Positions 50,340 through 64,000 of a DNA stretch of 64,000 nt are shown in pieces. Source of the stretch: Anaeramoeba ignava BMAN. Taxonomy: Eukaryota > Protista > Anaeramoebae. The notes beneath the pieces are model-generated. The model was not told where the DNA came from. It saw only the letters and a list, made by a program, of their open reading frames with translations, and searched no databases. A program made the position numbers and the translations under genes. Within the stretch, counting starts at the first letter, position 1, and each line of letters starts with the position of its first letter. The stretch is from contig JAPDFW010000102.1 of assembly GCA_028826165.1 (NCBI GenBank), positions 62,001 through 126,000 on the forward strand. The letters are read 5' to 3'.

Positions 50340-52090
50340 CCACTTTTTATTTATTAAATTTATTCCACAATTTATTTATTAAATTTATTCCACTTTATTT
50401 ATTCCATTTTATTTATTCCATTTTATTTATTCCACAATTTATTTATTAAATTTATTCCACTTTATTTATTCTATTTATTCCATTTTATTTATTAAATTTA
50501 TTCTATTTTATTTATTAATTTTATTTATTAAATTTATTCCATTTTATTTATTCCATTTTATTTATTCTATTTTATTTATTAAATTTATTCCATTTTATTT
50601 ATTAAATTTATTCCATTTTTTATTTATTAAATTTATTCCACAATTTATTTATTAAATTTATTCCATTTTTTATTTATTAAATTTATTGTTCCACAATTTA
50701 TTTATTAAATTTATTCCATTTTTATTTATTCCAATAAATTTATTCCATTTTATTTATTAAATTTATTCCATTTTATTTGTTAATTTATTCTATTTTATTT
50801 TAAATTTATTCTATTTTATTTATTAAATTTATTCTATATTTTATTTATTAAATGAATTCTGAAAATTTAAAATTTTTATTTATTATACAAATTCCACTTT
50901 TTATTTATTAAATTTATTCCATTTTATTTATTCTATTTTTTATTTATTCTATTTTTATTTATTTTATTTATTTTTATTTATTAAATTTATTCCATTTTAT
51001 TTATTAAATTTATCTAATTTTTTATTTATTAAATTTATTCTATTTTATTAAATTTATTTCATTTTTATTTATTAAATTTATTCCATTTTTATTTATTAAA
51101 TTTATTCCCATTTTTATTTATTAAATTTATTCCATTTTATTTATTAAATTTATTTATTAAATTTATTTTTATTTATTAAATTTATTCTATTTTTATTTAT
51201 TAAATTTATTTCATTTTTATTTATTAAATTTATTCCATTTTTATTTATTAAATTTATTCTATATTTTTATTTATTAAATTTATTCCATTTTTATTTATTA
51301 AATTTATTTATTCTATTTATTCCACTTTTTATTTATTAAATTTATTCCATTTTATTTATTAAATTTATTCCATTTTATTTATTAAATTTATTCTATTTTA
51401 TTTATTCCATTTTATTTATTCTATTTTTATTTATTCTATTTTATTTATTAAATTTATTCTATTTTTTTATTTATTAAATTTATTTATTAAATTTATTCCA
51501 TTTTTATTTATTAAATTTATTCCATTTTTATTTATTAAATTTATTCCATTTTATTTATTAAATTTATTCTATTTTATTTATTAAATTTATTCCATTTTTT
51601 ATTTATTAAATTTATTTATTAAATTTATTCCATTTTATTTATTAAATTTATTAAATTTATTCATTTTTATTTATTAAATTTATTCTATTTTATTTATTAA
51701 ATTTATTTATTAAATTTATTCCATTTTTATTTATTCCATTTTATTTATTCTATTTTTATTTATTAAATTTATTCCATTTTTATTTATTAAATTTATTCTA
51801 TTTTTATTTATTAAATTTATTTATTAAATTTATTCCATTTTTATTTATTAAATTTATTCCATTTTATTTATTAAATTTATTCCATTTTTTATTTATTAAA
51901 TTTATTCCATTTTATTTATTAAATTTATTCTATTTTATTTATTAAATTTATTCTATTTTATTTATTAAATTTATTCTATTTTATTTATTAAATTTATTAA
52001 ATTTATTCCATTTTTATTTATTAAATTTATTCCATTTTATTTATTAAATTTATTTCATTTTATTTATTCCATTTTATTTATTAAATTTAT
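50340..52090. repeat. Intergenic ~25-bp satellite (TTTATTTATTAAATTTATTCCATT)n
   Basis: Fills the divergent RING/GAPVD1 intergenic region. Confidence 0.85.
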
Positions 52091-52144
52091 TCTTGGTTTT
52101 TCATTTTTGATTTTTCATTTTTTTCTTTTCATTTTTTTCTTGTA

Positions 52145-55100
52145 ATGAAAAATTTAAATCAATGGATACTTGGAATTCAAAAAGATTTGAAAGGACAAAC
52201 AATAAGACTTTCAACAGGTTTTGTTTATTTTTTATTTTTAATTTTTTTGTTTTATTTATAAAAAAAAAATTTTTTTGAATTAAAAAAAATAAATAGAGGA
52301 AAATACACTTAAAGAATCAAGAAAAAAAAAAGAAGAATTATCACAAAAATATTTAGACAATTTAGTAGAAACTTTAAATATGACAACTTTAATGGAAAAT
52401 TTCAAACCAGAAACGATAATGAATCAAGCAGAAGAAATTAATTCATGGAAAATTGCAAAATTTGGTTTTTTACGATCTCCTTTAACATTTGTTCAACTTC
52501 ATGAATATCAAAAACTATATCAATTTATTCGAGAAAATCCAATTATTTTTTCTTCAGCTATTCTTAATTCTGAACTTTCTAATAATGAAGTTCATGATTT
52601 AGTTTCAACTGGAATTCCTTCAATTTTCTCTCATTTTGGAAGTGATTTTGAAGAATCTTTGTTTCTTATATTTTTAAATGTGAACTATTTTAATTTAATT
52701 TTAATTTAATTTTAATTTAATTATTTTAATTTATTTTAATTTATTTTAATTTATTTTAATTTTAATTTTAATTTTAATTTTAATTTTAGAATTGTTTGAA
52801 AATTCGTGCAAAACAATGTGATTCAAAAAATTTCCATCAATTTCTTATTGGAAATCAATTCATTTTTCAATTATTAACTGTTTATTGCAAAAATTCTAAT
52901 TCTCGAAAATATAAAATTTCTGCTTTAAGAGAACCAATTTTTGAAGTTATTCAATCAACAAATCTTCAATTTGTAATTAAAATTAAAATCAAAATTCATT
53001 TATAAAATTAAAATCAAAATTCATTTATAAAATTAAAAATTATTCGATTTTGTTTTTAAAAGTCTCTTGCTCAAATTACTTCTGATACTCCAACAAAAAG
53101 ATGTAGAATTTCTTGTTTTGGAATTATTTTTTTTTAAAAAATTTTTTTCTTTTTAATTCATTAATTCATTTATTATATACTTTAGTGTCTCGAAAAATTC
53201 TTTCTTTATGTAAAAATTTTGTTACTGGACTCACAAATAAATTAAAAATACTTCCTCAAGGAATTCGTTGGATTGCTTATAAAATTAAAAAGTAATTTAG
53301 AATTGAATCTCCATTTTTTTTTTACTTTAACTTGAAATTTGTTCTTCTTTTTTAATAGAATTTGCCAAAAAAACAATTTTGAACAATATAAATTAATACT
53401 TCGTGATTTTATATTTCATATCTTTTTAAATCCTGCTATAATATTTCCAGGGTTTGATATTAAACTATTAATTTTATAATAATATTATAAATATAATTCT
53501 TAAAAAAATTTTTTTATATCTATTAGTTTGTAATTTAATTTGAAAAAAACTTTATTCCAATTTTTTCACTCATTTTTGATTATTTTTTTTTTTTGAATCT
53601 TTAAAGAAAAATTTTCTATTGTTGAAGAAATTCCAATATCAAAAAAGGAAAGAAAAAATCTTTATCAAGTAAAAATAAAAATAAAATCAAAATCAAAATA
53701 ATCAAAATCAAAATCAAAATTATTTTTCTTTCTAATTTAAATGTAAATTTAAGATTTCAAAATTATTTTGGAAAGGACATAGTTCAGTACAAATTATTGC
53801 ACAAGATTTAGATTTAGATTCATATTTAGAATCATTTGGAAAACCAGATCCTTCATTTATATCAAAATTAAAAGATATTGTAAAAATATAAAATAAAAAA
53901 TAAAAAAATAAAAAGCTGTCTTGTAATTAATAAATTTCTCACACATAAAAAAAATTTAGAAATTAGGAAATGATATCGATGATGAAAAAATCAAACTGTC
54001 ATCTTCTCTTTGTAAATTAAGTGATATCTATCAAAATCATCGAATACTTTTTAGATTCTCAAAGAAAATCAAAAAAGGAAAAATTAAAGATTGTAATCAA
54101 TTTCTCGATAACGAATTAGTCAAATATACTCTAAAACTCGGCAAACCTCAACTTCATTTAACAGAACAAGAAGGAATGAAATATCTTGTTTTTACACGAA
54201 AAGAAAAGGAAAGGAAATCAAAAAGAACAAGTTCAATATCAACAACAGAATCAAATGAACCAATTGAATTTTCAAGTGAAAAAAAAGAAGTTATTCAAAA
54301 TTATCAGGATATCGAAGTTCATTTTGATAATCAAAATTTAAGAGAAAAAGAAGACGAAGACTCAAATTCAATTTCAAACTTAAATTTAAATCAAAACTTA
54401 TCTGAAAATTTATCTGAGAATTCAACTCAAAATTTAAGTGAAAATGAATCCAAATCAAAAAATCTTTTTGATATTAATTTAACTGATCCTTCTGAAAGTG
54501 AACACGATATTTTTAAAGATACAGAACAAACAGTGTTTAATCCTAAACCTTTGCAAAACAACAAGGATGTAAATTTTTTCAAGCATTCTAATAGTTTAAA
54601 TGTTATTAGCAACTGTAAGAAACCAAAAAAAAAAGAAAACATTTTCAATTTTAAATTTTAAATTTTAAATTTAGATAATAAAATTCATGTTAAAGATAAA
54701 AATAAAGAAATAATAAATTTAACAAATGAAGAAGAGAAATTGAAACTTGCTTTGGTTTCAATGCCTGATATTCTTCCTGAAGATGGAGTTACATTAATTG
54801 AAATTTTAAAAACAAAAAGTCAAGTAATTGAAATTATTCATTTAAAAATTTCCATTAACATGAAATTGAAATGAACAATTTTTATTTTCATTATTATTAA
54901 TATTAATAATAAATTATATTTTTTAAAGATTGCTCAATTATCTGGTTCTACAAGTCTTTCATGCTTACTTGAATCAACATTATTAATACTAAGTACTCTT
55001 CCTGAAACTATTCAAAAAGAAGGATTTGAATCTCTTCTTAAAAATCTTCAAATGGTTTGAAATGAACAAAACAAAACAAAAAAAAACAAAACAAAAATAT

Positions 55101-57805
55101 TAAATAGAAAAATTTAAAAATTAAAATTAAAAAGGATTCATCAATAGAAACAAAATTGAAAAAAGTATTACAAGAAAAATATAAAAATATGGAAATGATT
55201 TCAATTTATGAAGAAAGAATGGAAAGAATTTTGCAAAAAAGTCAAGGATATAAAGAATTTCTTTCTTCGATTGTTGCTGAATATTATTTGAAAAAACAAA
55301 GAAAAAAATTTCAAGCAATGAAAGATATAATTCAAAAAAGTGTTTCAGTTAAACATTTAACAGAATTGACTCAAAAATTTTTTGAATCTATTGATCAATT
55401 AGTTTCTCAAGATCAAATTTGTTCTTTGTTTCAAGGAGTTGAAAAGAAAATTACTCATTTTATTGAAAATTATTTACTTTGTCAAATTTATGATGAGTAA
55501 AAACCATTTTCAAAATTAAAATTAAAATCAAAATTAAAATTAAAATCAAAATTAAAATTAAAATTGAAATTAAAATTAAAATTCAATCAAAATTAAAATT
55601 CAATCAAAATTAAAATTAAAATTAAAATTAAAATTAAATTTCAATCAAAATTCAAATTAAAATTCAAATTAAAATTCAAATTAAAATTCAAATTAAAATT
55701 CAAATTAAAATTAAAATTAAAATTCAATCAAAATTAAAAAATTTGAAGATTTTTTTATCCAAAATTTGAAAAGCAATTAATTCAAAAAGATGCAGAATTT
55801 TCAGTTAAAATTATTAAAATGAGAAGATTAATAACTCCTCAATTTTTACATATTCCTCCTGAAATTTGGGATGAATCTTATTGGTATTTACCAATTTTAG
55901 GTATTAAAATATTTCAAAAAAAAAAGAAGAAATGAAAATGAAAATGAAAATGAAAATGAAAATGATTTGAATTAATTTTTTCCAAAATTTAGAATTTTCA
56001 AAAATTATTAAATTTAAACCACCATTGTTAAAAGTAAAAGTTTTAACAAAATGTGCACAATATATTAAGAATATACTTTTATTTAGAGGATGGGATAATG
56101 CTGGAACTGATATTATATTACCAATTATTGTAAATCGATTTAGAATTTAAAAATGAATTTAAAACTACATTTAGAAATGAATTTATAAATAGATTTAGAA
56201 ATGGATTTATAAAAACATTTAGAAATGGATTTAATAATGAATTTAATAATAGATTTAATAATAAATTTATAAATAGATTTAATAATGAATTTAGAAATAA
56301 TTTTAATAATAGATTTAATAATAAATTAAATAATGGATTTATAAATAGATTTAATAATGGATTTATAAAAACATTTAGAAATGGATTTAATAATGAATTT
56401 AATAATAGATTTATAAATAGATTTATAAATAGATTTAATAATAAATTTATAAATAGATTTAATAATAATTTTAATAATAAATTTATAAATAGATTTAATA
56501 ATGAATTTAATAATAATTTTAATAATAAATTTAATAATAATTTTAATAATAATTTTAATAATAAATTTATAAATAGATTTATAAATAGATTTAATAATAG
56601 ATTTAATAATAATTTTAATAATAATTTTAATAATAATTTTAATAATAATTTTAATAATAGATTTAATAATAATTTTAATAATAATTTTAATAATAATTTT
56701 AATAATAATTTTAATAATAAATTTATAAATAGATTTATAAATAAATTTAATAATAATTTTAATAATAAATTTAATAATAGATTTAATAATAAATTTAATA
56801 ATAAATTTATAAATAGATTTATAAATAGATTTATAAATAGATTTATAAATAGATTTAATAATAAATTTATAAATAGATTTAATAATAAATTTATAAATAG
56901 ATTTAATAATGAATTTAGAAATAATTTTAACAATAATTTTAATAATAATTTTAATAATAATTTTAATAATAATTTTAATAATAATTTTAATAATAATTTT
57001 AATAATATATTTTAATAATAATTTTAATAATAAATTTAATAATAGATTTATAAATAATTTTAATAATAAATTTAATAATAAATTTATAAATAGATTTAAT
57101 AATCAATTTAATAATAAATTTAATAATAAATTTAATAATAGATTTAATAATCAATTTAATAATAGATTTAATAATAAATTTATAAATAGATTTAAAAATG
57201 AATTTAAAACTACATTTAGAAATGAATTTATAAAAACATTTAGAAATGAATTTAATAATGAATTTATAAATAGATTTAATAATAAATTTAATAATAGATT
57301 TAATAATAATTTTTAATAATAGATTTTTAATAATAATTTTAATAATAATTTTAATAATAAATTTAATAATAGATTTAATAATAGATTTAATAATAAATTT
57401 AATAATCAATATAATAATAAATTTAATAATAGATTTTTAATAATAATTTTAATAATAATTTTAATAATAATTTTAATAATAAATTTAATAATAAATTTAT
57501 AAATAGATTTAATAATAGATTTAATAATAATTTTAATAATAAATTTAATAATAGATTTTTAATAATAAATTTAATAATAAATTTAATAATGGAAATAGAT
57601 ATATTTGATAATAATTGCGAATCCACCACAATTTCCATCAAATATGAAATTTATTGAAATGTTTATTGATCCTAATTTACTTGATACAACAACTGAATAT
57701 TGGTGGACAAATTTTAAATCTGGTTATTTATATCTTGTTAATCTTGATCTTTCTGATATTCATAATCTTCAAAGTTTTTCTGAAAAAAAAATTTCAAATA
57801 ATTAA
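52145..57805 (+). CDS. GAPVD1: GAPVD1/RME-6-like RasGAP + VPS9 domain protein, many exons
   Basis: RasGAP-like LPQGIRWI, DFIFHIFLNPAIIFP, RKNLYQISK. VPS9 AGTDIILPII, IIANPPQFPSNMKFIEMF, EYWWTNF. Confidence 0.75.
56135..57590. repeat. Intronic 12-bp satellite (AATAATARATTT)n in the VPS9 domain
   Basis: Direct reading. Confidence 0.85.
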
Positions 57806-57955
57806 TTTTTCACCTTTTTTTTTCTTTTAAAAATTTTCTTATACAAAAAAAAAAATTTCTTTTATTCTTTTTTAGTTCATTTCATTTGATTTTTTATTCT
57901 ATTTCTCAAAAAAAAAAAAAACAAAACAAATTTATAATTGAATAAAAAATCTAAA

Positions 57956-58292
57956 TTAATAAAAAAATATTAAATAATAAAAGATCTTTTATTAAATTTA
58001 ATTTTTGGAAAGTATTTAAAAATATTAAACAGAAAAGATCTAAATATTATTTCTAATTAATTTAATTAGATTTTAATAATAAAACTTGATTAAAAATTTG
58101 AGAAAAAAAAAGGAAAAAAATATTTTAATAAAAAAATATTAAATAATAAAAGATCTTTTATTAAATTTAATTTTTGGAAAGTATTTAAAAAATATTAAAT
58201 AGAAAAGATCTAAATATTATTTCTAATTAATTTAATTAGATTTTAAATATAAAACTTGATTAAAAATTTGAGAAAAAAAAGGAAAAAAATAT
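57956..58292. repeat. ~170-bp tandem duplication (2 copies) upstream of eIF4A
   Basis: Near-identical units beginning TAATAAAAAAATATTAAATAATAAAAGATCTTTTTATT. Confidence 0.8.
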
Positions 58293-58539
58293 GTAATTCT
58301 GACTAATAAATTAAAAAAATTAGTAAAAAAATAAAAAAAAAGAAAAAAAAATAAAAAAAATTTTTTTTTCAATTTTGTTTTCATTTTTTTATTTTCAAAT
58401 TAAAAGTTATTAAAACAAAAAGTTAAAAGTAAAAAACAAACAAACAATCAAAAAAAAAAACAAAAACAAAAACAAAAACACACAAAAAATTTGAATCTAA
58501 AGCATTTTTCCAATTCAATTTTAAATTTTTTTTCGTTAA

Positions 58540-59580
<1,041 letters not shown>

Positions 59581-59586
59581 AAATAG

Positions 59587-61400
59587 ATGGCGAATTATCA
59601 AAATCAAAATCGTTATCATCGAAATCGAAATTATGGAAGAAGTCGTGGAAGACAATATAATGATCATAAACAAGAAGAAATTGAATCAAATTGGGATATT
59701 TGTGTTGAAAGTTTTGATAAAATGGGGTTAAAAGAAGAATTATCAAGAGGAATTTATGGATATGGGTATGAAGAACCATCAATTATTCAACAAAAAGGAA
59801 TTCAACCAATTATTGAAGGACGTGATGTAATTGGACAAGCTCAATCTGGAACTGGAAAAACAGCTACATTTGCAATTGGTGTTTTACAAAAAATAGAGAG
59901 AAATTATTTGACTCAAGCTCTTATTCTTGCTCCAACTAGAGAATTAGCTTCTCAAATAGGTCTTGTTGTAGAAGGACTTAGTGAATATATGGATGTGAAA
60001 AGTTATGTTTGTATTGGAGGAACTGATGTTGAAAAAGATAAAGAAATGTTAAGAAAAGGTCAGAATATTATTGTTGGCACTCCTGGAAGAGGTATTTATT
60101 ATTACTAAATTCCATTTAATTTTCTAAATTCCATTTAATTTTCTAAATTCAAATTTAATTTTCTAAATTAAAATAAAAATCAAAAAAGTTATTCATATGA
60201 TAATTGATGAACATTTAAAAACTGAAAATATCAAGATGTTAATTATGGATGAAGCAGATGAATTATTAAGTAGAGGATTTAAAGATCAAATTTATCAAAT
60301 ATTTCAAGAATTACCAAAAGATGTACAAGTATTACTTTTCAGTGCAACAATGCCACGTGATGTACTTGAAGTTACCAAAAAATTTATGAGAGATCCAGCA
60401 AAAATTCTTGTTAAAAAAGAAGAATTAACTTTACAAGGAATTACCCAATTTTATGTTGATGTTAGACAAGCTAATTGGAAATTTGGTACACTTTGTGATC
60501 TTTATAAAACTATTTCAGTTACACAATGTTTGATATTTTGTAATAAAAAAGAAGATGTTGAAGATATTGCTAAACAAATGTTAGAAAAAGATTTTGTTGT
60601 TTATAAAATGGTTTGTGTTTTTTTTTTTGTTTAATATAAAAAAAAAGAATTTTATAATATAAATAATAATAATAATAATAATATTTTAAATTATTAATTA
60701 GAAAAATGATTTTTTTTGAATATTTTCATTTTCATTTATATTCCATTTAAAATTGACTTTGATTATTTAATTTATTTTTGATTTAAAATTGATGATTTAA
60801 TTGATTTAAATTTGATTAATTAATTTATATTCCATTTAAAATTGACTTTGATTAATTAATTTATTAATTTATTTAAAATTGACTTTGATGATTTAATTGA
60901 TTTAAAATTGACTTTGATTAATTAATTTATATTCCATTTAAAATTGACTTTGATGATTTAATTGATTTAAAATTGACTTTGATTAATTAATTTATTAATT
61001 TATTTAAAATTGACTTTGATTATTTAATTTATTTTTGATTATTTTATTTAATTTATTTTTGATTTAAAATTTGATTATTAAATAGCATGGAGAAATGGAA
61101 CCAAGAGAAAGAGAACAAATAATGAGAATGTTTAGAAAAGGAAAAGCAAGAGTTCTTATTACAACAGATTTACTTTCAAGAGGAATTGATGTTCAACAAG
61201 TATCACTTGTAATTAATTATGATTTACCACAAAAAAAAGAAAGTTATATTCACAGAATTGGAAGAAGTGGAAGATTTGGAAGAAAAGGAGTTGCTATTAA
61301 TTTTGTTACTGAAGAAGATTTTTCAATTTTAAAAGATATTCAAACATTTTATTCAACTCAAATTGAAGAAATGCCAGGAAATATTGCAGATTATTTATAA
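59587..61400 (+). CDS. EIF4A: DEAD-box translation initiation factor eIF4A, 3 coding exons
   Basis: [78 protein letters not shown]. Confidence 0.95.
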
Positions 61401-61827
61401 ATTCATCATTTCAATTTCATCTTCTTTTTTTTTTAACTTCATTTTTCAATTCAAAATTCAAAATTCAAAATTCAAAATTCAAAATTCAAAATTCAAAATT
61501 CAAAATTCAAAATTGCTTATTTTGCTCATAAAGATTAATTATGATAATTTAATAATCTTTCCAAAATAAGATTTTATTTTCTTTTCTTTTTCATTTACTT
61601 TCATTTACTTTTTTTTTTCATTTTGTTTTTTTCCTTTTACTTTTTTTTTTTGATTTGAATTTTAATTTGAATTGAATCAATTTCAAATCTAAATCCAAAA
61701 TTCAAATTCAAATTCAAATTCAAATTCAAATTTTTTTTTACAAAAAAAAAAGATAAACTTTTTAGAAAAAATAAAAAAAGAAAGAAAAAAAAATTCATTT
61801 TTATTTTTTATTTTTCTTCTTAATTTT

Positions 61828-64000
61828 ATGGAAAAAAAATTAAATTTGGAAGAATATTCAAATTTAAAAATTGGACAAGTTATTGATTGCACATCACATA
61901 AAGGAATAATTTATAGAGGAAAAATTATCAAAAAGAAAAAAAATCCAGAAGCAATTTACTTAGAAAATGGTTTGTTTTAATTTAAAAAAAAAGGAAAAAA
62001 AAAATTGTCCACTTTCAAATATAAATTAAATTTAATTCAAATTAATTCAATTCAATTTAATATTCAATTTAATATTCAATTTAATATTTAATATTTAATT
62101 CAATTCAATATTTAATATCCAATTCAATATTTAATATCCAATTCAATATTTAATTTAATATTCAATATTTAATATTCAATTCAATATTTAATATTCAATT
62201 CAATATTTAATTCAATATTCAATTCAATTCAATATTCAATTCAATTCAATATTCAATATTTAATTCAATTTAATTCAATATTTAATTCAATTTAATATTC
62301 AATATTCAATATTCAATATTCAATTCAATTTAATATTTAATATTCAATATTTAATTCAATTCAATATTTAATTTAATATTTAATTCAATATTTAATTCAA
62401 TTCAATATTTAATATTTAATTCAATATTTAATTCAATTTAATATTTATTCAATATTTAATTCAATATTTAATTTAATATTCAATTCAATTCAATATTCAA
62501 TATTTAATTCAATATTTAATTCAATATTCAATTCAATATTTAATTTAATATTCAATTCAATATTCAATTCAATATTTAATTTAATATTCAATTCAATTCA
62601 ATATTCAATATTTAATTCAATATTTAATTCAATTTAATATTTAATATTTAATTCAATTTAATATTCAATATTCAATTTAATATTCAATATTCAATTTAAT
62701 ATTCAATATTCAATTTAATATTCAATATTCAATTTAATATTCAATTCAATATTTAATTCAATATTCAATTCAATTCAATTCAATATTCAATTTAATTCAA
62801 TATTCAATTCAATATTCAATATTCAATTTAATATTTAATATTCAATTCAATATTTAATTCAATATTCAATTTAATATTTAATTCAATATTTAATTCAATT
62901 TAATTCAATATTCAATTCAATTTAATATTTAATTTAATTCAATTGAATATTCAATTTAATATTTAACATTTTCTTTTAAAAAATAGTTAAAATTATTGAA
63001 GATAAAGATGGTCTAACTAATAACTCAAAAGTTTATGAAATTGTTTCTTTTCGAAAAGACCAAATATTATCAATTCAAATTATTCAATCACCAACAGAAA
63101 ATCAAAACCAAAAACAATTTGAAGTTGAATTAAATCAAAATCAAAATCAAAATCAAAATGAAAATCAAAATAAAAATCAAAATCAAAATCAAAATCGTTA
63201 TCATCGAAATCGAAATTATGGAAGAAGTCGTGGAAGACAATATAATGATCATAAACAAGAAGAAATTGAATCAAATTGGGATATTTGTGTTGAAAGTTTT
63301 GATAAAATGGGGTTAAAAGAAGGATTATCAAGAGGAATTTATGGATATTGGTATGAAGAACCATCAATTATTCAACAAAAAGGAATTCAACCAATTATTG
63401 AAGGACGTGATGTAATTGGACAAGCTCAACCTGGAACAGGAAAAACAACTACATTTGCAATTGGTGTTTTACAAAAAATAGAGAGAAATTATTTGACTCA
63501 AGCTCTTATTCTTGCTCCAACTAGAGAATTAGCTTCTCAAATAGGTCTTGTTGTAGAAGGACTTAGTGAATATATGGATGTGAAAAGTTATGTTTGTATT
63601 GGAGGAACTGATGTTGAAAAAGATAAAGAAATGTTAAGAAAAGGTCAGAATATTATTGTTGGCACTCCTCGAAGAGGTATTTATTATTACTAAATTCCAT
63701 TTAATTTTCTAAATTCCAATTTAATTTTCTAAATTCAAATTCAATTTTCTAAATTCCAATTTAATTTTCTAAATTCAAATTAATTTTCTAAATTCAATTT
63801 AATTTTCTAAATTCAAATTTAATTTAATTTTCTAAATTAAAATAATCAAAAAAGTTATTCATATGATAATTGATGAACATTTAAAAACTGAAAATATCAA
63901 GATGTTAATTATGGATGAAGCAGATGAATTATTAAGTAGAGGATTTAAAGATCAAATTTATCAAATATTTCAAGAATTACCAAAAGATGTACAAGTATTA
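61828..64000 (+). CDS. Chimeric Lsm14/Scd6-type Lsm domain fused in frame to a duplicated eIF4A (runs off the window)
   Basis: Exon 61828-61969 and exon from 62987 give [49 protein letters not shown], then (NQ)n, then eIF4A residues [14 protein letters not shown].. with no stop. Confidence 0.78.
62040..62965. repeat. Intronic (TCAATAT/TTCAA)n satellite in the Lsm::eIF4A gene
   Basis: Direct reading. Confidence 0.85.

Noticed and set aside
53527-53529. TAG-TTT-GT in a GAPVD1 intron
   Set aside because: It is single and is not needed to match the PAIxxPE-like motif. Treated as possible chance background; cDNA would settle it.

Overview
Very AT-rich, gene-dense, intron-rich eukaryotic (protist) DNA read with the standard code. 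The style (ankyrin+BTB and F-box expansions, satellite-filled introns) resembles Anaeramoeba-type genomes; that assignment is inference. Genes in order: SMCR8-like (partial), TRM5, a PUF/Pumilio protein, RPL37A/eL43 (garbled middle), an MRH-domain type-I membrane receptor, CSN5 (garbled exon 2), a PPxY membrane protein, nine tandem F-box + multi-pass TM genes, an intronless long-chain acyl-CoA synthetase, an ankyrin-BTB gene, an ankyrin-TKL kinase gene, two RING proteins, an AGC pseudokinase, a QN-rich unknown, a GAPVD1-like gene, eIF4A, and an Lsm14-domain::eIF4A chimera. Main finding: in both ankyrin genes each repeat body is its own phase-0 exon, and each of the 18 inter-repeat junctions holds exactly two single-codon (3-nt) AG-NNN-GT microexons (36 in total; two junctions need a non-GT donor or a base error). 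These supply the xx residues of the D-x-x-G-x-T-P-L-H beta-hairpin, e.g. D|K|N|GNTPLH, the variable target-binding positions of ankyrin repeats. The ORF track cannot show this. The assembly shows homopolymer indels and locally garbled exons, so single frameshifts are treated cautiously.
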